Source of the DNA: Squalus acanthias
Lineage: Eukaryota
Assembly: GCA_030390025.1 (NCBI GenBank)
Contig: CM059433.1
Coordinates: 14,324,001-14,388,000, forward strand
Length of the DNA: 64,000 bases
Direction: 5' to 3'
Below the pieces are notes generated by a model. The model saw nothing but the letters and a program-made list of their open reading frames with translations. It was not told the origin of the DNA and did not search any database. The translations under genes were made by a program, and so were the position numbers. Of this stretch, positions 1-12,110 are shown piece after piece (the first letter of the stretch is position 1; the number at the start of each line of letters is the position of its first letter).

Positions 1-90
1 AAACCTGCCATCCTCACCCAGTCTGGCCCATCTATGACTCCAGTCTCACACCAACGTGGTTGACTCTAACTGCAACCACTCAGTTCTATC
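1..90 (+). mobile_element. 3' fragment of a non-LTR retrotransposon (CR1/L2-group, second family)
   Basis: Resembles the recalled 3' region of this family (GACTCCAG..CACA..AA.GTGGTTGACTCT); family assignment from memory. Confidence 0.4.
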
Positions 91-356
91 AGGCCGCCAG
101 CTCCCTACCTATCGGCACTGTGGGAACATTCTTCAAACAAGGTACCTCCCTTTCCTACATTACAACAGTGACTACACTTCAAAAAGTGCTTCCTTGGCTG
201 TAAAGCGCTTTGGGATGTCCAGAGTTCGTGATTGGTGCTCCATGAATGCAAGACTTTCTCTCTCGAGCAGGACAGAACTTCTGTCTGCACCTTGTCTGCA
301 TTCCTGACATTTGCCTATTTCTCAAGGTCGGGGCATTTAAAGAAAAACAGAGAGAA

Positions 357-549
357 CATGCATTTATACAGCACATTCAGGCCCTCAGTGCTTATATAGC
401 CAATAAAGTAATTTAGAAGTGTAGTCGCTGTGGTAATGTAGAGCAACACAGCAACCAATTTACACACAGCGAGGTTCCACATACAGCAATGAGATAGATG
501 GCCAAATAATCTGTTTCAGCGATGTTGGTTGAAGGATAAATTCTAGCCA
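357..549 (-). mobile_element. Deu-type SINE fragment (3' half)
   Basis: Reverse complement aligns with the body and tail of the full SINE at 11651-12110. Confidence 0.7.
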
Positions 550-1112
550 TGGCACCGTTATTAGTAACACTTCAGCAAAGCTGTGAGTACAAAACTGAAA
601 ACAGTTCCAGAGAGGACATAAATAATCTGTCGACTCCAGGCTTTTGCTAACCCTGTCCAGCATGTCTTTAATTTGCAGTAAATACACGTGAAGAAATCGT
701 TAAAAGTGCATTGCTCTCATATTTGAAGACATTAGCTTGTTTCCTCAGCCTGACTCATAGTAATCTCATCCAGGTAATTATTTTAAAAATTGAACCGTTA
801 TTAAATGTAATGGTTCATTTCCACTGAGGCTCTGTTAGTCACAAGTCTCTGTGAGGACAGCTACACTAATGGTTTGATAAGGAAACACTACAGTTTGTAT
901 AAAGTAAACACTGTACCAGAGTAAGGTCCTTATTCACTAACTTTCATTTGACTTTAGCACACATAAAGGTAATTATTATTCGGCAATCAGTTATGTATCA
1001 TTCTCTCTCCAATATCTATGCATTATTAAAAATGGTATGTCCTTTCATCTCCTCATCCAAAAGTCCTATGTCCACATCTCTTTTTGCTGTTTTCATGTTT
1101 AATGTGTGGTTT

Positions 1113-2033
1113 ATAGATTGGGCTAACCAAATTAGTAACAATACTGTGGAGGACGAATTCCTAGAGTGTATACGGGATGGTTTCCTGGACCAATATGTCG
1201 AGGAACCAACTAGAGATCAGGGCCATCTTAGACTGGGTATTATATAATGAGAAAGGATTAATTAGCAATCTTGTTGTGCGAGGCCCCTTGGGGAGGAGCG
1301 ATCATAATATGATAGAATTCTTCATTAAGATGGAGAGTGAAGTAGTTGACTCAGAGACTAGGGTCCTGAATTTAAATAAAGGAAACTACGATGGTATGAG
1401 GCGCGAGTTGGCTAGGATGGATTGGGGAATGTTACTTAAAGGGTTGATGGTGGATAGGCAATGGCAAACATTTAAAGATCGCATGGATGAACTACAGAAT
1501 TTGTTCATCCCTGTTTGGCATAAAAATAAAACAAAAATGGTGACTCAACCATGGCTAACAAGGGAAATTAGGGATAGCATAAGATCCAAGGAGAGGACAT
1601 ATAAATTGGCCAGAAAAAGCAGCAAACCTGAGGATTGGGAGCAGTTTAGGATTCAGCAAAGGAGGACAAATGGATTAATTAAGAGGGGGAAAATAGAGTA
1701 TGAGAGTAAGCTTGCAGGGAACATAAAAACTGACTGTAAAAGCTTCTATACATATGTGAAGAGAAAAAGATTGGTGAAGTCAAGCGTAGGTCCCTTGCAG
1801 TCAGAATCAGGGGAATTTATAATGGGGAACAAAGAACTGGCCGACTAATTAAATACATACTTTGGTTCTGTCTTCACAAAGGAGGACACAAATAACCTCC
1901 CAGAGATGTCGGGGAACATAGGGTCTAATGAGAGGGAAGAACTGAATGAAATCAGTATTTGTAGGGAAATGGTGTTAGGGAAATTGACGGGATTGAAGGC
2001 CAATAAATCCCCAGGGCCTGATAATCTACATCC
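1113..2033 (+). pseudogene. CR1 LINE ORF2 internal fragment (end of APE endonuclease plus linker)
   Basis: ORF 1177-1848 AILDWVL..LGRSDHNMIEF..PWLT..KSFYTYVK, then KSPGPDNLHP; truncated at both ends. Confidence 0.85.
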
Positions 2034-2315
2034 TTTAAACCCTGTAGGAATTGGTTCTTACTTTATACCAAGGAAAGAGTCTGAGAACGGGAGCAGTCAA
2101 ACAACAACAACTGCGAAACAACTAAAGTGACGTCATAACCAGGGAAGGAGCTGATTGGTAAGTAGGACCTGGTGAGTATTTCTACAGTCCAGTCGTTAAA
2201 GAAGAAGTAAGGTCTCTAGTTTAGAGTAAGTAGTGTTTAAAGGGAAGTAAGGTCCCTAGTGTATTTAATATTCTTTAATTTAAAGGAAGTAAAGGGAGTA
2301 AATTAAGGGTATAAC

Positions 2316-3270
2316 ATGGCAGGGCAGCTCGGCAGCATGGAGTGCTCCTCCTGTGCTATGTGGGAAGTCAGGGACACTTTCGGTGTCCAGGGCGAACACA
2401 TGTGCAGGAAGTGTCTCCAGCTGCAGCTACTCGAAATCCGCGTTTCGGAGCTGGAGCTGCGGCTGGAGTCACTGTGGAGCATCTGCGAAGCTGAGATCTT
2501 CATGGATAGCATGTTTAATGAGGTGGTCACACCGCAGGTAAAGAGTGCACAGGCAGACAGGGAATGGGTGACTGCCAGACAGAGTAAAAGAACTAGGAAG
2601 GTAGTGCAGGAGTCCCCTGGGTCCATCTCCCTCTCCGACAGATTTTCCATTTTGGATACTGATGGGGGAGATGGTTTCTCAGGGGAATGCAGCAAGAGCC
2701 AAGTCCGTGGCACTACGAGTGGCTCAGCTGCACAGGAGGGGAGGAAAAAGAGTGGGAGAGCAATAGTGATAGGGGATTCTATCGTAAGGGGAACAGATAG
2801 ACATTTCTGTGGCCGCAGACATGACTCCAGGATGGTATGTTGCCTCCCTGGTGCCAAGGTCAAGGATGTCACTGAACGGCTGCAGGGCATTCTGAAGGGG
2901 GAGGGTGAACAGTCAGAGGTCGTGGTTCACATTTGTACCAACAACATGGGTAGAAAGAGAGATGAGGTCCTGCAACAAGAATTTAGGGAGCTAGGTAGCA
3001 GATTAAAAAGCAGGACCTCAAAGGTTGTAATCTCTGGATTACTCCCGGTGCCACGTGCTAATGAGTATAGGAATAGGAGGATAGAGCAGATTAATGCGTG
3101 GCTAAAGAGTTGGTGCAGGACGGAGGGCTTTTAGTTTCCTGGATCACTGGGTCTGCTTCTGGGGAAGGTGGGACCTGTACAAGTCGGACGGGTTGCACCT
3201 GAACCGGAACGGGACCAACATCCTTGCGGGGAGGTTTGCTAGTACTATTGGGGGGGAGGTGTTTAAACAA
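2316..3270 (+). pseudogene. CR1 ORF1: zinc finger, leucine-zipper coiled coil, SGNH esterase
   Basis: CSSC-x16-CRKC, heptad leucines, IVIGDSIVRG (GDS block), HICTNN, DGLH. A +1 frameshift at about 3131 creates the TAG at 3132. Confidence 0.85.
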
Positions 3271-3390
3271 ACTTGGCAGGGGGATGGGATACGGAGTGGA
3301 GCTATAGTAGGGGGTGATGCACAGCCAAATATAGAGGAAAAAACAAGTCCGCCTGGAAGGCAGAGCAAATATGTAACGGCACAAGGGAGT

Positions 3391-6130
3391 ATGGCAAGGC
3401 TGGATGGCATTTATTTTAATGCAAGGAGTCTTGCGAGTAAGGCAGATGAATTGAAGGTGTTGATGAACACATGGGAGTATGATGTTGTTGCTATCACAGA
3501 GACATGGTTGAGGGAGGGGCAGGACTGGCAGCTCAATATTCCTGGGTATAGAATCTTCAGGCGAGACAGTGGGGGGTGTAAAAGAGGAGGGGGTGTTGCA
3601 ATATTAATCAAGGAGTCAATTACTGCTGTAAGGAGGGATGATATCTTAGCAGGTTCCTCTAATGAGGCCACATGGGTAGAACTTAAAAACAAAAAGGGGG
3701 CAAGCACTTTGCTGGGAGTCTACTATAGGCCCCCAAACAGTCAGGAGGAGATAGAGGAACAGATATGTAGGCAAATCTCAGAGAAGTGTAGAAATAATAG
3801 GGTAATAATAGTAGGGATTTCAACTTCCCCAATATTAACTGGGATAGTCAGAGTGTGAAAGGCTTAGAGGGTGCGGAATTCTTAAAGTGCACCCAGGAGA
3901 GCTTTTTGAGCCAGCATGTAGAAAGTCCTACAAGAGAGGGGGCGGTACTGGATCTAATTCTAGGGAATGTAGCCGGGCAAGTGGTAGAAGTGTCAGTAGG
4001 AGAGCATTTTGGTGACAGTGACCATAATTTGGTGAGATTTAAGGTAGTCATGGAAAAGGACAAAGATGGACCGGAAATAAAGGTTCTAAATTGGGGGAAG
4101 GCCGATTTTAATATGATAAGGCAGGATCTGGCCAAAGTGGACTGGGATCAGCTACTTGTAGGAAAATCCACATCAGAGCAATGGGAGTCTTTCAGAAAGG
4201 AAATAGAGAGAGTACAATGCCAACATGTTCACGTAACGGTCAAGGGTGGGACCAACAAGCCCAGGGAACCCTGGATGTCAAGGGATATACAAGAATGGAT
4301 TAGGAAAAAAAGGGAGGCTTTTGGCAGATACAAAGGACTAAAAACAGTGGAAGCCCTAGAGGAGTATAGAAAGTGCAGGGGGGTGCTTAAAAAAGAAATT
4401 AGGAGAGCGAAGAGGGGGCATGAAAAAACACTGGTGGGCAAAATAAAGGAAAATCCCAAGGTGTTTTATAAGTATATTAAGGGCAAGAGGATAACTAGGA
4501 AAGAGTAGGGCCCATTAGGGACCAAAGTGGCAATCTGTGTGTTGAGCTGGAAGGTTTTAAATGAATATTTTGCATCTGTGTTCACTATGGAGAAGGACGA
4601 TGTAGGCATAGAAATCAGGCAGGGGGATTGTGATATACTTGAACAAATTAGTATTGAGAGGGAGGAGGTACTAGCGGTTTTAGCAGGCTTAAAAGTGGAT
4701 AAATCCCCAGGCCCAGACGAGATGTATCCCAGGCTGCTGTGTGAGGCAAGGGAGGAAATTGCAGGGGCTCTGACAAAAATTTTCAGAACCTCTGGGCCAC
4801 AGGGGAGGTGCCAGAGGACTGGAGAACAGCTAACGTAGTACCATTATTCAAGAAGGGTAGTAGGGGTAAACCAGGGAATTACAGACCAGTGAGCCTAACA
4901 TCAGTGGGAGGGAAATTATTGGAAAAAATTCTGAGGGGCAGATTTAGTCTCCACTTGGAGAGGCAAGGATTAATCAAGGATAGTCAGCATGGCTTTGTCA
5001 GGGGGAGATCATGTCTGACCAATTTGATTGAATTTTTCAAGGGGGTGACTAGGTGTGTGGATGAGGGTAGTGCAGTTGATGTGGTCTACATGGACTTCAG
5101 TAAGGCTTTTGACATAGTCCCGCATGGGAGACTGGTCAAGAAGTTAAGAGCGCATGGGATCCAGGGCAATTTGGCACATTGGATCCAAAATTGGCTTAGT
5201 GGCAGGAGGAAGAGGGTGATGGTCGAAGGTTGTTTTTGTGACTGGAAGCCTGTGTCCAGTGGTGTACCACAGGGATCGGTGCTGGGTCCTTTGCTGTTTG
5301 TAGTGTACATTAATGATTTAGATATGAATGTAGGAGATATGATCAGTAAGTTCGCAGATGACACGAAAATTGGTGGAGTGGTAAATAGCGAGGAGGGAAG
5401 CCTCAGGCTACAGGACGATATAGACGACTGGGTTAGATGGGCAGAACAGTGGCAAATGGAATTTAACCCTGAAAAGTGTGAGGTGATGCATTTTGGGAGG
5501 ACTAACAAGGCAAGGGAATACACAATGAATGGTAGGACCCTAGGAAGGACAGAGGATCAGAGGGACCTTGGTGTGCATGTACATAGATCCCTGAAGGCAG
5601 CAGGACAGGTAGATAAGGTGGTTAAAAAGGCATATGGGATACTTGCCTTCATTAGCTGAGGCATAGAATATAAGAGCAGGGAGGTTATGATGGAGCTGTA
5701 CAAAACGCTAGTTAGGCCACAGCTGGAATACTGTGTGCAGTTCTGGTCGCCACACTATAGGAAGGATGTGATTGCATTGGAGAGGGTGCAGAGGAGATTC
5801 ACCAGGATGTTACCTGGGCTGGAGTGCTTCAGCTATGAAGAGAGACTGGACAGGCTGGGGTTGTTTTCCTTAGAGCAGAGAAGGCTGAGGGGGGACCTGA
5901 TTGAGGTGTACAAAATTATGAGGGGCAGAGATAGGGTAGATAGAAAGGAACTTTTCCCCTTAGTAGAGGGGTCAATAACCAGGGGACATAGTTTCAAGGT
6001 AAGGGGCAGGAGGTTTAGAGGGGATTTAAGGAAAAACTTTTTCACCCAGAGGGTGGTTGGAATCTGGAACTCAGTGCCTGAAAGGGTGGTAGAGGCAGGA
6101 ACCCTCAACATTCAAGAAGCATTTAGATGA
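3391..6130 (+). pseudogene. CR1 ORF2: APE endonuclease plus reverse transcriptase
   Basis: [66 protein letters not shown]. Broken at about 3820, 4505-4550, 4795 and by a TGA at 5657. Confidence 0.92.
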
Positions 6131-6311
6131 GCACTTGAAACGCCATAGCATACAAGGCTACGGACCAAGTGCTGGAAAATGGGATTAGAATAGATGGGGC
6201 TTGATGGCCGGCGCGGACACGATGGGCCAAAGGGCCTCTTTCTGTGCTGTATAACTCTATGACTTGCCCTGTCACATTTTAAATAGTATTTTCCCATTAA
6301 TGTGACAGAGC

Positions 6312-6482
6312 AAGACCTACCTAGATGCATTTAAGGGGAAGCTAGATAAGTACATGAAATAGAAGAATACGTTGATAGGGTAAGATGCAGTAAGGTGGGA
6401 GGAGGCTTGTGTGGAGCATACGCACTGGCACAGCCTTATTAGGCTGAATGGCCTCTTTCTGTGCTGTAAACTCTTTGTAATT
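6312..6482 (+). mobile_element. Short CR1 3'-end fragment
   Basis: GCATTTAAGGGGAAGCTAGAT...GGCTGAATGGCCTCTTTCTGTGCTGTA, similar to the 3' end at 6200-6264. Confidence 0.7.
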
Positions 6483-7749
6483 CTACCTCAGATCCGCTAC
6501 CAGTGAAGCAGCGGAGCCAAAGTCTGAATGGTCTTTGCCGGCGAGCTGCCTGGGAACGCCCGCCAAGCCACCGTGGCTTCAGAAGAGGAAGAAAGGGGAG
6601 TCGTTTGGCAAGAAAAATATATTTATAAACACTGTAATATTTGCAGTCCAAAGCAAAATAAGCTTTTCCCCCCATTAGCTTTTATCACCAAAAATACAGT
6701 AGCAGGGATTCGTCTTATCTTGTCAGCAAAGGTTTTTTTTTGTTGCCTTACCTCACTATCATTTTTTGTGGAAACTGATTTAAAGTCAATGGAGATACAT
6801 TTTTATACGATAATGAAATTTTTCTACACTTTTAATTTATACTTCTGATATTGTCCGCCGCACTTGGATTCTTTGCAGGAAAATGAACATGAAATGCAAT
6901 TTAATTAGTTTGGAAGCCAGTTCAGATCAGCTTATGAGCAGAAGGTAAACTCTTCAATGAAGCAATTACCTTGAGAGGAGATTTTCATTTAAATTCAAAA
7001 CCTCAAATGCTTTCTCTGTATATTGACAGCAATGAGAAATAGTGCTAGAATGCAAACTGTTGTTCAGACAGGCTATAACATGGGCGATGCTGCGAAAATA
7101 TTGATATTGCAGTGTATTGTTCAGTCCTGACCTGGCTGATCCAGTTACATTATACTTGGCAAATTTAATTGGATGTCCTTGGGCACAAATTGATCACAAA
7201 CCAAACAATGGAAGTGATGGTTTGGTCAAATATTCAAGAAGATTGATTAAATATTTAAAGTATCATTTACATACAGATGCATTGGCCTAGAAATTGGGTC
7301 GCATAGCACCTGTTTTTGCAGGCACTAGTGGCCTCCTAGGGTCTCACAATGGTGGGCAGAAAGTGCCAACCGCCATATTGGGTAAGGACAAACAAAAAGG
7401 GGGAAAAATTAGGTCGCGCCCCATTTGGGGCGCAAATATCGTCTGGACGCAAATATTAACGCCTGGCGCTAATTATCGCCACTGACTGGAAACTTCACTT
7501 TTACCGCCCCGGGAGGTGAGTGGAGCGCTAAATCAGGCGCTGCACACCTGTCTTAAGGCGCAAAGGCCGAGCAGTGAGGCGCTAACTCAGCGCAGCGCAG
7601 CTGCTGCCAGTTAGCGAGGGAACACAGACACACTGGCGCCGGCCACTTCTTAAAGCGGGGGGGGCCAACTTGCTCCCCAGCCACACCCTGCTCATTGCAG
7701 CCTTGAATCTCGGCCTGGAGAGACCTGTGAATCCATTTTGCTGCCAAGG

Positions 7750-9515
7750 ATGGAGAGGGTGAGAGAACGAGCTCATCGCTTCACCGAGCGGGCCTTGGAT
7801 GCTCTGGTTGGCGCGGTGGAGCGCAGAAGATGTATACTCTTCCCTGAGAGTGGCAGGAGGCCTTTGCCACGCGAGTACAGAAGTGTGTGGAGGGAGGTGG
7901 CTCAGAGCGTCTCCTCCAGGAGCATGGCGCCCAGGACCCATGTTCAATGCCGCAAAAAGTTCAACGACCTCACTCGGGTCATCAGGCTGAGTGGCTTTTT
8001 CTCAATACCTCTCCATCCCTCCATCTCAACCTCACTCTATGGCCAGAGGGTCTTAAAACCCCAATGCACAACACTCATCCAACACCTATGGCCCTTTCAT
8101 GAAACACACACACACATTCCACACTTTGCATACAGTAAGGGCTATTCACCTATGGGAGGCACATCAGGCAAGACCATGGCTGTATATTTACTCAGATGCT
8201 GTCCTTTTTCTTACAGGCCAAGCTGGCGCATAATCGGAGACAGCAGCAACGGACAGGTGGAGGGCGGCCTCAGCTGCAACCCCTCAGCGATCTTGAGGAG
8301 CGCGTCCACAGGATTGTGGCAAGCCGGGTGATCGGTCCCGTCGCCACTGGAGACGCCGACCCCGTTCTGGACAGCAATGGTAAGGTCATCACCTTTTTGT
8401 CCTCTGTCCTTCCACTTGTCCCTCACAACACCAGCCTTTGACACTTTCAATCCAACTTGCTAACTCGCTGCACTTATTCCTCCCTTACTGCCACCCTGTC
8501 CTCACGCTAAAGCCACTCTTGTACCTCCCTGCTTTCAGATGGTGATTCACCAGCTGAGGAGACGGGCCCTGAAGCTGCCACTGGGAGTGAAGCTGCAGCC
8601 GAGGAGGAAGAGGAAGCCGGAGCATCAGTGCCACCCTCTTCCGAGGAAGCCCATGCCCACACTGGGAACACGCCTTCCCTGGAGGGGCGCAGGGGGGAAG
8701 GGTCTGATGAGGGTGAAGCTCCAGGACCCAGCGGGCTGCAGCAACGCCATGGGGGTAGGGAAGAACGGGGGCCTTCTCCCCAGAGGGAGAGTATGCCAGA
8801 CACTCCTACTGCAATGGACGCAGAGGAGGAGCGGCTGATTGCAGAAATGAACAGCCAGGCGGTGGGCATGCACACTGAGCTCATGGGTGCAGTGGGAAGG
8901 GTGCCCGAATGCATTGAGTCACTGGCAAGGAGTGTGGAGCACTTTGCTGTAGCACAGGCGGATGCCACACTAATGCTTAGTGCTGCAATTCAGTCACTGG
9001 CTGCCGTGATCCCATCTCTGACTGCTCTCATGCAGACTCAGATTGAGGCCACGCGAGCACAGACTGCTGCCAACCTCGATGGTTCGTTCACATGTCCCCG
9101 GGGCTGTCACCGCGCCGCAGCAGGCCAGCAATTTGTTCTCCAGCAGATTGCTCCGGATGCTGAAGTGCTGCCCCGTGGGAGTGCCAGTGTGTCAGGCGAG
9201 CAGGGAGTTGCTGTCCTCTCTCACGATGACAGCATTCCTGCTGCCAACACTGTCACTTCTCCACTGCACTTGCCACCGCCTGTAGGACAGACTGCTGCCG
9301 CCCATGCAGAGTTGGTGCAGTCTGCAGCCGGGCCCTCCAGGCCCAGAACTGGTCGAGGCCGTCCTTCAGGGGCATCTGCAGTGTCAGGGTCTGACGAGCA
9401 GCAGCCTTCCACCAGCCTTGCTGCAGCCACTGAGGTCCCATTATGGAGGAGCAGTAGGGTTAGAAGGGGGGAAGTGCGCAAGGGAAGGAGATCACACTCG
9501 GAGGGCAAAAAGTAG
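7750..9515 (+). CDS. Harbinger Myb/SANT (MADF)-like DNA-binding protein; predicted exons 7750-7986, 8217-8379, 8539-9515 (458 aa)
   Basis: RFTERALDALVGAV..W.EVA..V..RT..QCRKKFNDL trihelix signature; exon 2 KLAHNRRQQQRTGGG; acceptors ttacag and ctttcag, donor 2 GTAAGG; phases join into one open frame. Donor 1 reads CTGAGT instead of GTGAGT. AATAAA at 9693. Confidence 0.8.
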
Positions 9516-9827
9516 GAGGTGTGACAAAATGCTGGTCATTTTTTTATTAAAGGTCGAGGTTCATGGTCCAACTTTTGTTTAGTGTTTTGGACATTATCTC
9601 CAGGTTGTGAGAACCAGTTATGTTATTGACTGTTTTTTTGTGTTTATTTCTATGAGTTTGTCATGAGGAATTGACACACACAGAGTTTGTAAAATAAATA
9701 AGTTTCTGTATTCAAAATATACATGGTTGGTGGTTGGAATTATTGGTGCCTTGGCCGGCTTAGGGGTTGCGTGCTGGGTTCATTGATGTTGTTAGCAATG
9801 GCAGAAGCCATTTCCACAGCAGGGGCC

Positions 9828-10988
9828 CTAGAAGCGGCTTGCTATTAGCCGTTGACGGACGGCCCTTGCAGTTTCACCATTGTGGGCCGCCCTCCCGCCT
9901 TGGTGCTGCTGATGATCATCCTCCTCGTCCTCTTCCTCCTCTTCCTCCTCCTCCTCTAGTGGTGCTCCAAGGCCTGGTGGCATTGGCTGGGTCCTGAGGA
10001 TTGCCATGTTATGCAACATGCAGCACACAACTACGAAGTTTCTTACTCGCTCAGGCGAGTACTGCAGGGCTCCTCCTGAATGGTCGAGACAGCGGAACCG
10101 TTGCTTCAGCACGCCGATTGTGTGCTCAATTATGTTCCTGGTAGCTTGATGGCTCTCATTGTACCGCAGCTCAGCAGGGGTGTTGGGCGTACGGAGCGGT
10201 GTCATCAGCCAGGTGCTCAATGCATACCCCTTGTCCCCGAGAAGCCAACCAACTGGCTGATGCGGTGCCTCGAAAAGTTCTGCCACAGTAGTCTGGCGCA
10301 GGATAAAAGCATCGTGGCAGCTGCCAGGATAGTGGGCATTGACAGCGAGTATCAGCTGTCTGTGGTCACAGACCAACTGAACATTCAAGGAATGGAACCC
10401 CTTTCTGTTCCGGAATTCCTCGGCATTCTCATGCGGAGCACGCAAAGCCACATGCGTGCAGTCAATGGCGCCTTGCACCATGGGGAAGCCCGCTACCCTC
10501 GCAAAGCCCAGAGCGCGGTCACGCTGCTTGTCTGGGGTCATGGGGAAAGAGATGAACTCTCGTCTCCTTTTAAAGAGGGCATTTGTGACCTGCCGGATGC
10601 AGCAATGCACCGCGAACTGGGAGATATTGGCGAGGTCCCCAGCAGCAGCTTGAAATGAGCCAGTAGCGTAGAAGTTGAGAGCCACTGTGACCTTCACTGC
10701 CACCGACAGAGACGTCCTGGACCTCAGTTGAGGCTGCAGATCTGGCTGCAGCAGGTGGCAGAGCTCAGTGACCACCTCCTTGCTGAATCGCAGCCTTCGC
10801 AAACACAGCTCCTCAGACATATGAAGGTAGGAGAGCTGTTCACGATATACCCTGGGAGGGTAAGCTCTCCTATACATACGCCTGTTGGCCCTCCTCCGTC
10901 TGGCCATCATTGCCACTCTCTCTCTGCGTCTCTGTGTCCTCCGATTCAGCTGGAGCAGGACGACGCCCCCAATCAGTGCAGCCCCCAT
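9828..10988 (-). CDS. Harbinger (HARBI1-like, DDE_Tnp_4) transposase, 386 aa, intronless and uninterrupted
   Basis: Catalytic motifs GAIDCTH, LLGDKGY and RNIIEHTIGVLKQRFRCL; NRKGFHSLNVQLVCD; HTH region; acidic C-terminal tail. Confidence 0.93.
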   Translation of the reverse strand: MGAALIGGVVLLQLNRRTQRRRERVAMMARRRRANRRMYRRAYPPRVYREQLSYLHMSEELCLRRLRFSKEVVTELCHLLQPDLQPQLRSRTSLSVAVKVTVALNFYATGSFQAAAGDLANISQFAVHCCIRQVTNALFKRRREFISFPMTPDKQRDRALGFARVAGFPMVQGAIDCTHVALRAPHENAEEFRNRKGFHSLNVQLVCDHRQLILAVNAHYPGSCHDAFILRQTTVAELFEAPHQPVGWLLGDKGYALSTWLMTPLRTPNTPAELRYNESHQATRNIIEHTIGVLKQRFRCLDHSGGALQYSPERVRNFVVVCCMLHNMAILRTQPMPPGLGAPLEEEEEEEEEDEEDDHQQHQGGRAAHNGETARAVRQRLIASRF

Positions 10989-11650
10989 AGTCTCTTTGCA
11001 AGCAAAGTAATGAAGGACAGCAACTAAAGTACTAGCGAAGTTAGGATCAGTAGGCAAAACTACCTCACAAAGCGTTGAGTCAATGCAGAAGTCTCTCTTT
11101 CTCTCTCTCCGAATCTCTCTCTCTCTCTCAGAACGAGTGGTGCAAAAATGTCGACCACAGAAAAAGATAGGAAGAGGCCCCCTTTAAATAGCGCCCCCCC
11201 CAGCCCCACAGCGATTGATAGCGTTCCAGTCTTCCGGTCGTTGGATGTGCCAGGCGGTAAGGCAGGGGGCGCCACTCAATTTCCGCTCCGGGGCGCCACA
11301 AGGGCGTTGCACCATGGAATGACGTCACAATCTGCGCGCGCAGGTGGTCGCAGCGGTAAGGTTTAGCGCCGCCGCACAATCTCTAGTTAAGTTCCCGAGC
11401 GGCGCAAACATCGCTGCGCCCGGGCGTTAGCGGCTTTGCGCCCCATTAGTGCCCTCTTAAGGCGCTAACGGGAGGCGCAACCAACTGAATTTTTACCCCA
11501 AAGTGTCCTGTACCTATGCCTGAAGCAGACGTTAGGCCTTTTGCATATAAGGGCCTGCTTGAGGTCCCCGCTGCAACATTCGTTTACCCTGAAGCAGCTG
11601 GCGCCGCCATTGGCTACACTCAGGGAAACCAACCCCAATGATGGTCTGCA

Positions 11651-12110
11651 GGGTCAGCCGTGGCTCAGCTGGTAGCACTCTCGCCTCTGAGTCAGTAGGT
11701 TGTGGGTTCAAGTCCCACTCCAGAAACTTGAACACAAAAAATCCAGGCTGACACTCCAGTGCAGTGCTGAGGGAGCGCCGCGCTGTCAGAGGTGCCGTCT
11801 TTCGGATCAGATGTTAAACCGAGGCCCCGTCTGCTCTCTCAGGTGGATGTAAAAGATCCTAAGGCACTATTTCAAAGAAGAGCAGGGGAGTTATCCCCGG
11901 TGTCCTGGACAATATTTATCCCACAATCAACATCACTAAAACGGTTTATCTGGTCATTATCACATTGCTGTTTGTGGGAGCTTGCTGTACGCAATTTGGC
12001 TGCCGCGTTTCCCACATTACAACAGTGACTACACTTCAAAAGTATTTAATTGGCTATAAAGTGCTTTTGGAAGTCCTGAGGTCGTGGAAGGTGCTATATA
12101 AATGCAATTT
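11651..12110 (+). mobile_element. Full-length tRNA-derived Deu-type SINE (SacSINE/AmnSINE-like) with L2-derived tail
   Basis: A box TGGCTCAGCTGG, B box GGTTCAAGTCC, central GATGTTAAACCGAGGCCCCGTCTGCTCTCTCAGGTGGA, tail GGTGCTATATAAATGCAA. Confidence 0.88.

Larger units (their letters stand above)
2033..6264 (+). mobile_element. Near full-length CR1 LINE, inactivated by frameshifts and stops
   Basis: 5' UTR, ORF1, ORF2 (EN+RT) and CR1-type 3' end CTGTGCTGTATAACTCTATGAC in the expected order. No TSD found, so the 5' edge is approximate. Confidence 0.92.
7399..11499. mobile_element. Autonomous-type PIF/Harbinger DNA transposon
   Basis: TIRs GGGGGAAAAATT and AATTTTTACCCC, 3-bp TSD AAA, GC-rich subterminal regions, convergent Myb-like and transposase genes. 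Confidence 0.92.

Noticed and set aside
2303..6111. Antisense ORFs over the CR1 element (and similar ones over Gypsy and Harbinger)
   Set aside because: Shadow frames of TE coding sequence with no recognisable motifs.
9828..11057. Host HARBI1 gene or a 409-aa product
   Set aside because: Flanked by TIRs and a TSD and paired with a Myb-like ORF, so it is a transposon. The 11057 start is a TTG; the first ATG is at 10988.
11651..11725. tRNA gene
   Set aside because: A and B boxes belong to a SINE head; no full cloverleaf or CCA end, and it is followed by the SINE body.
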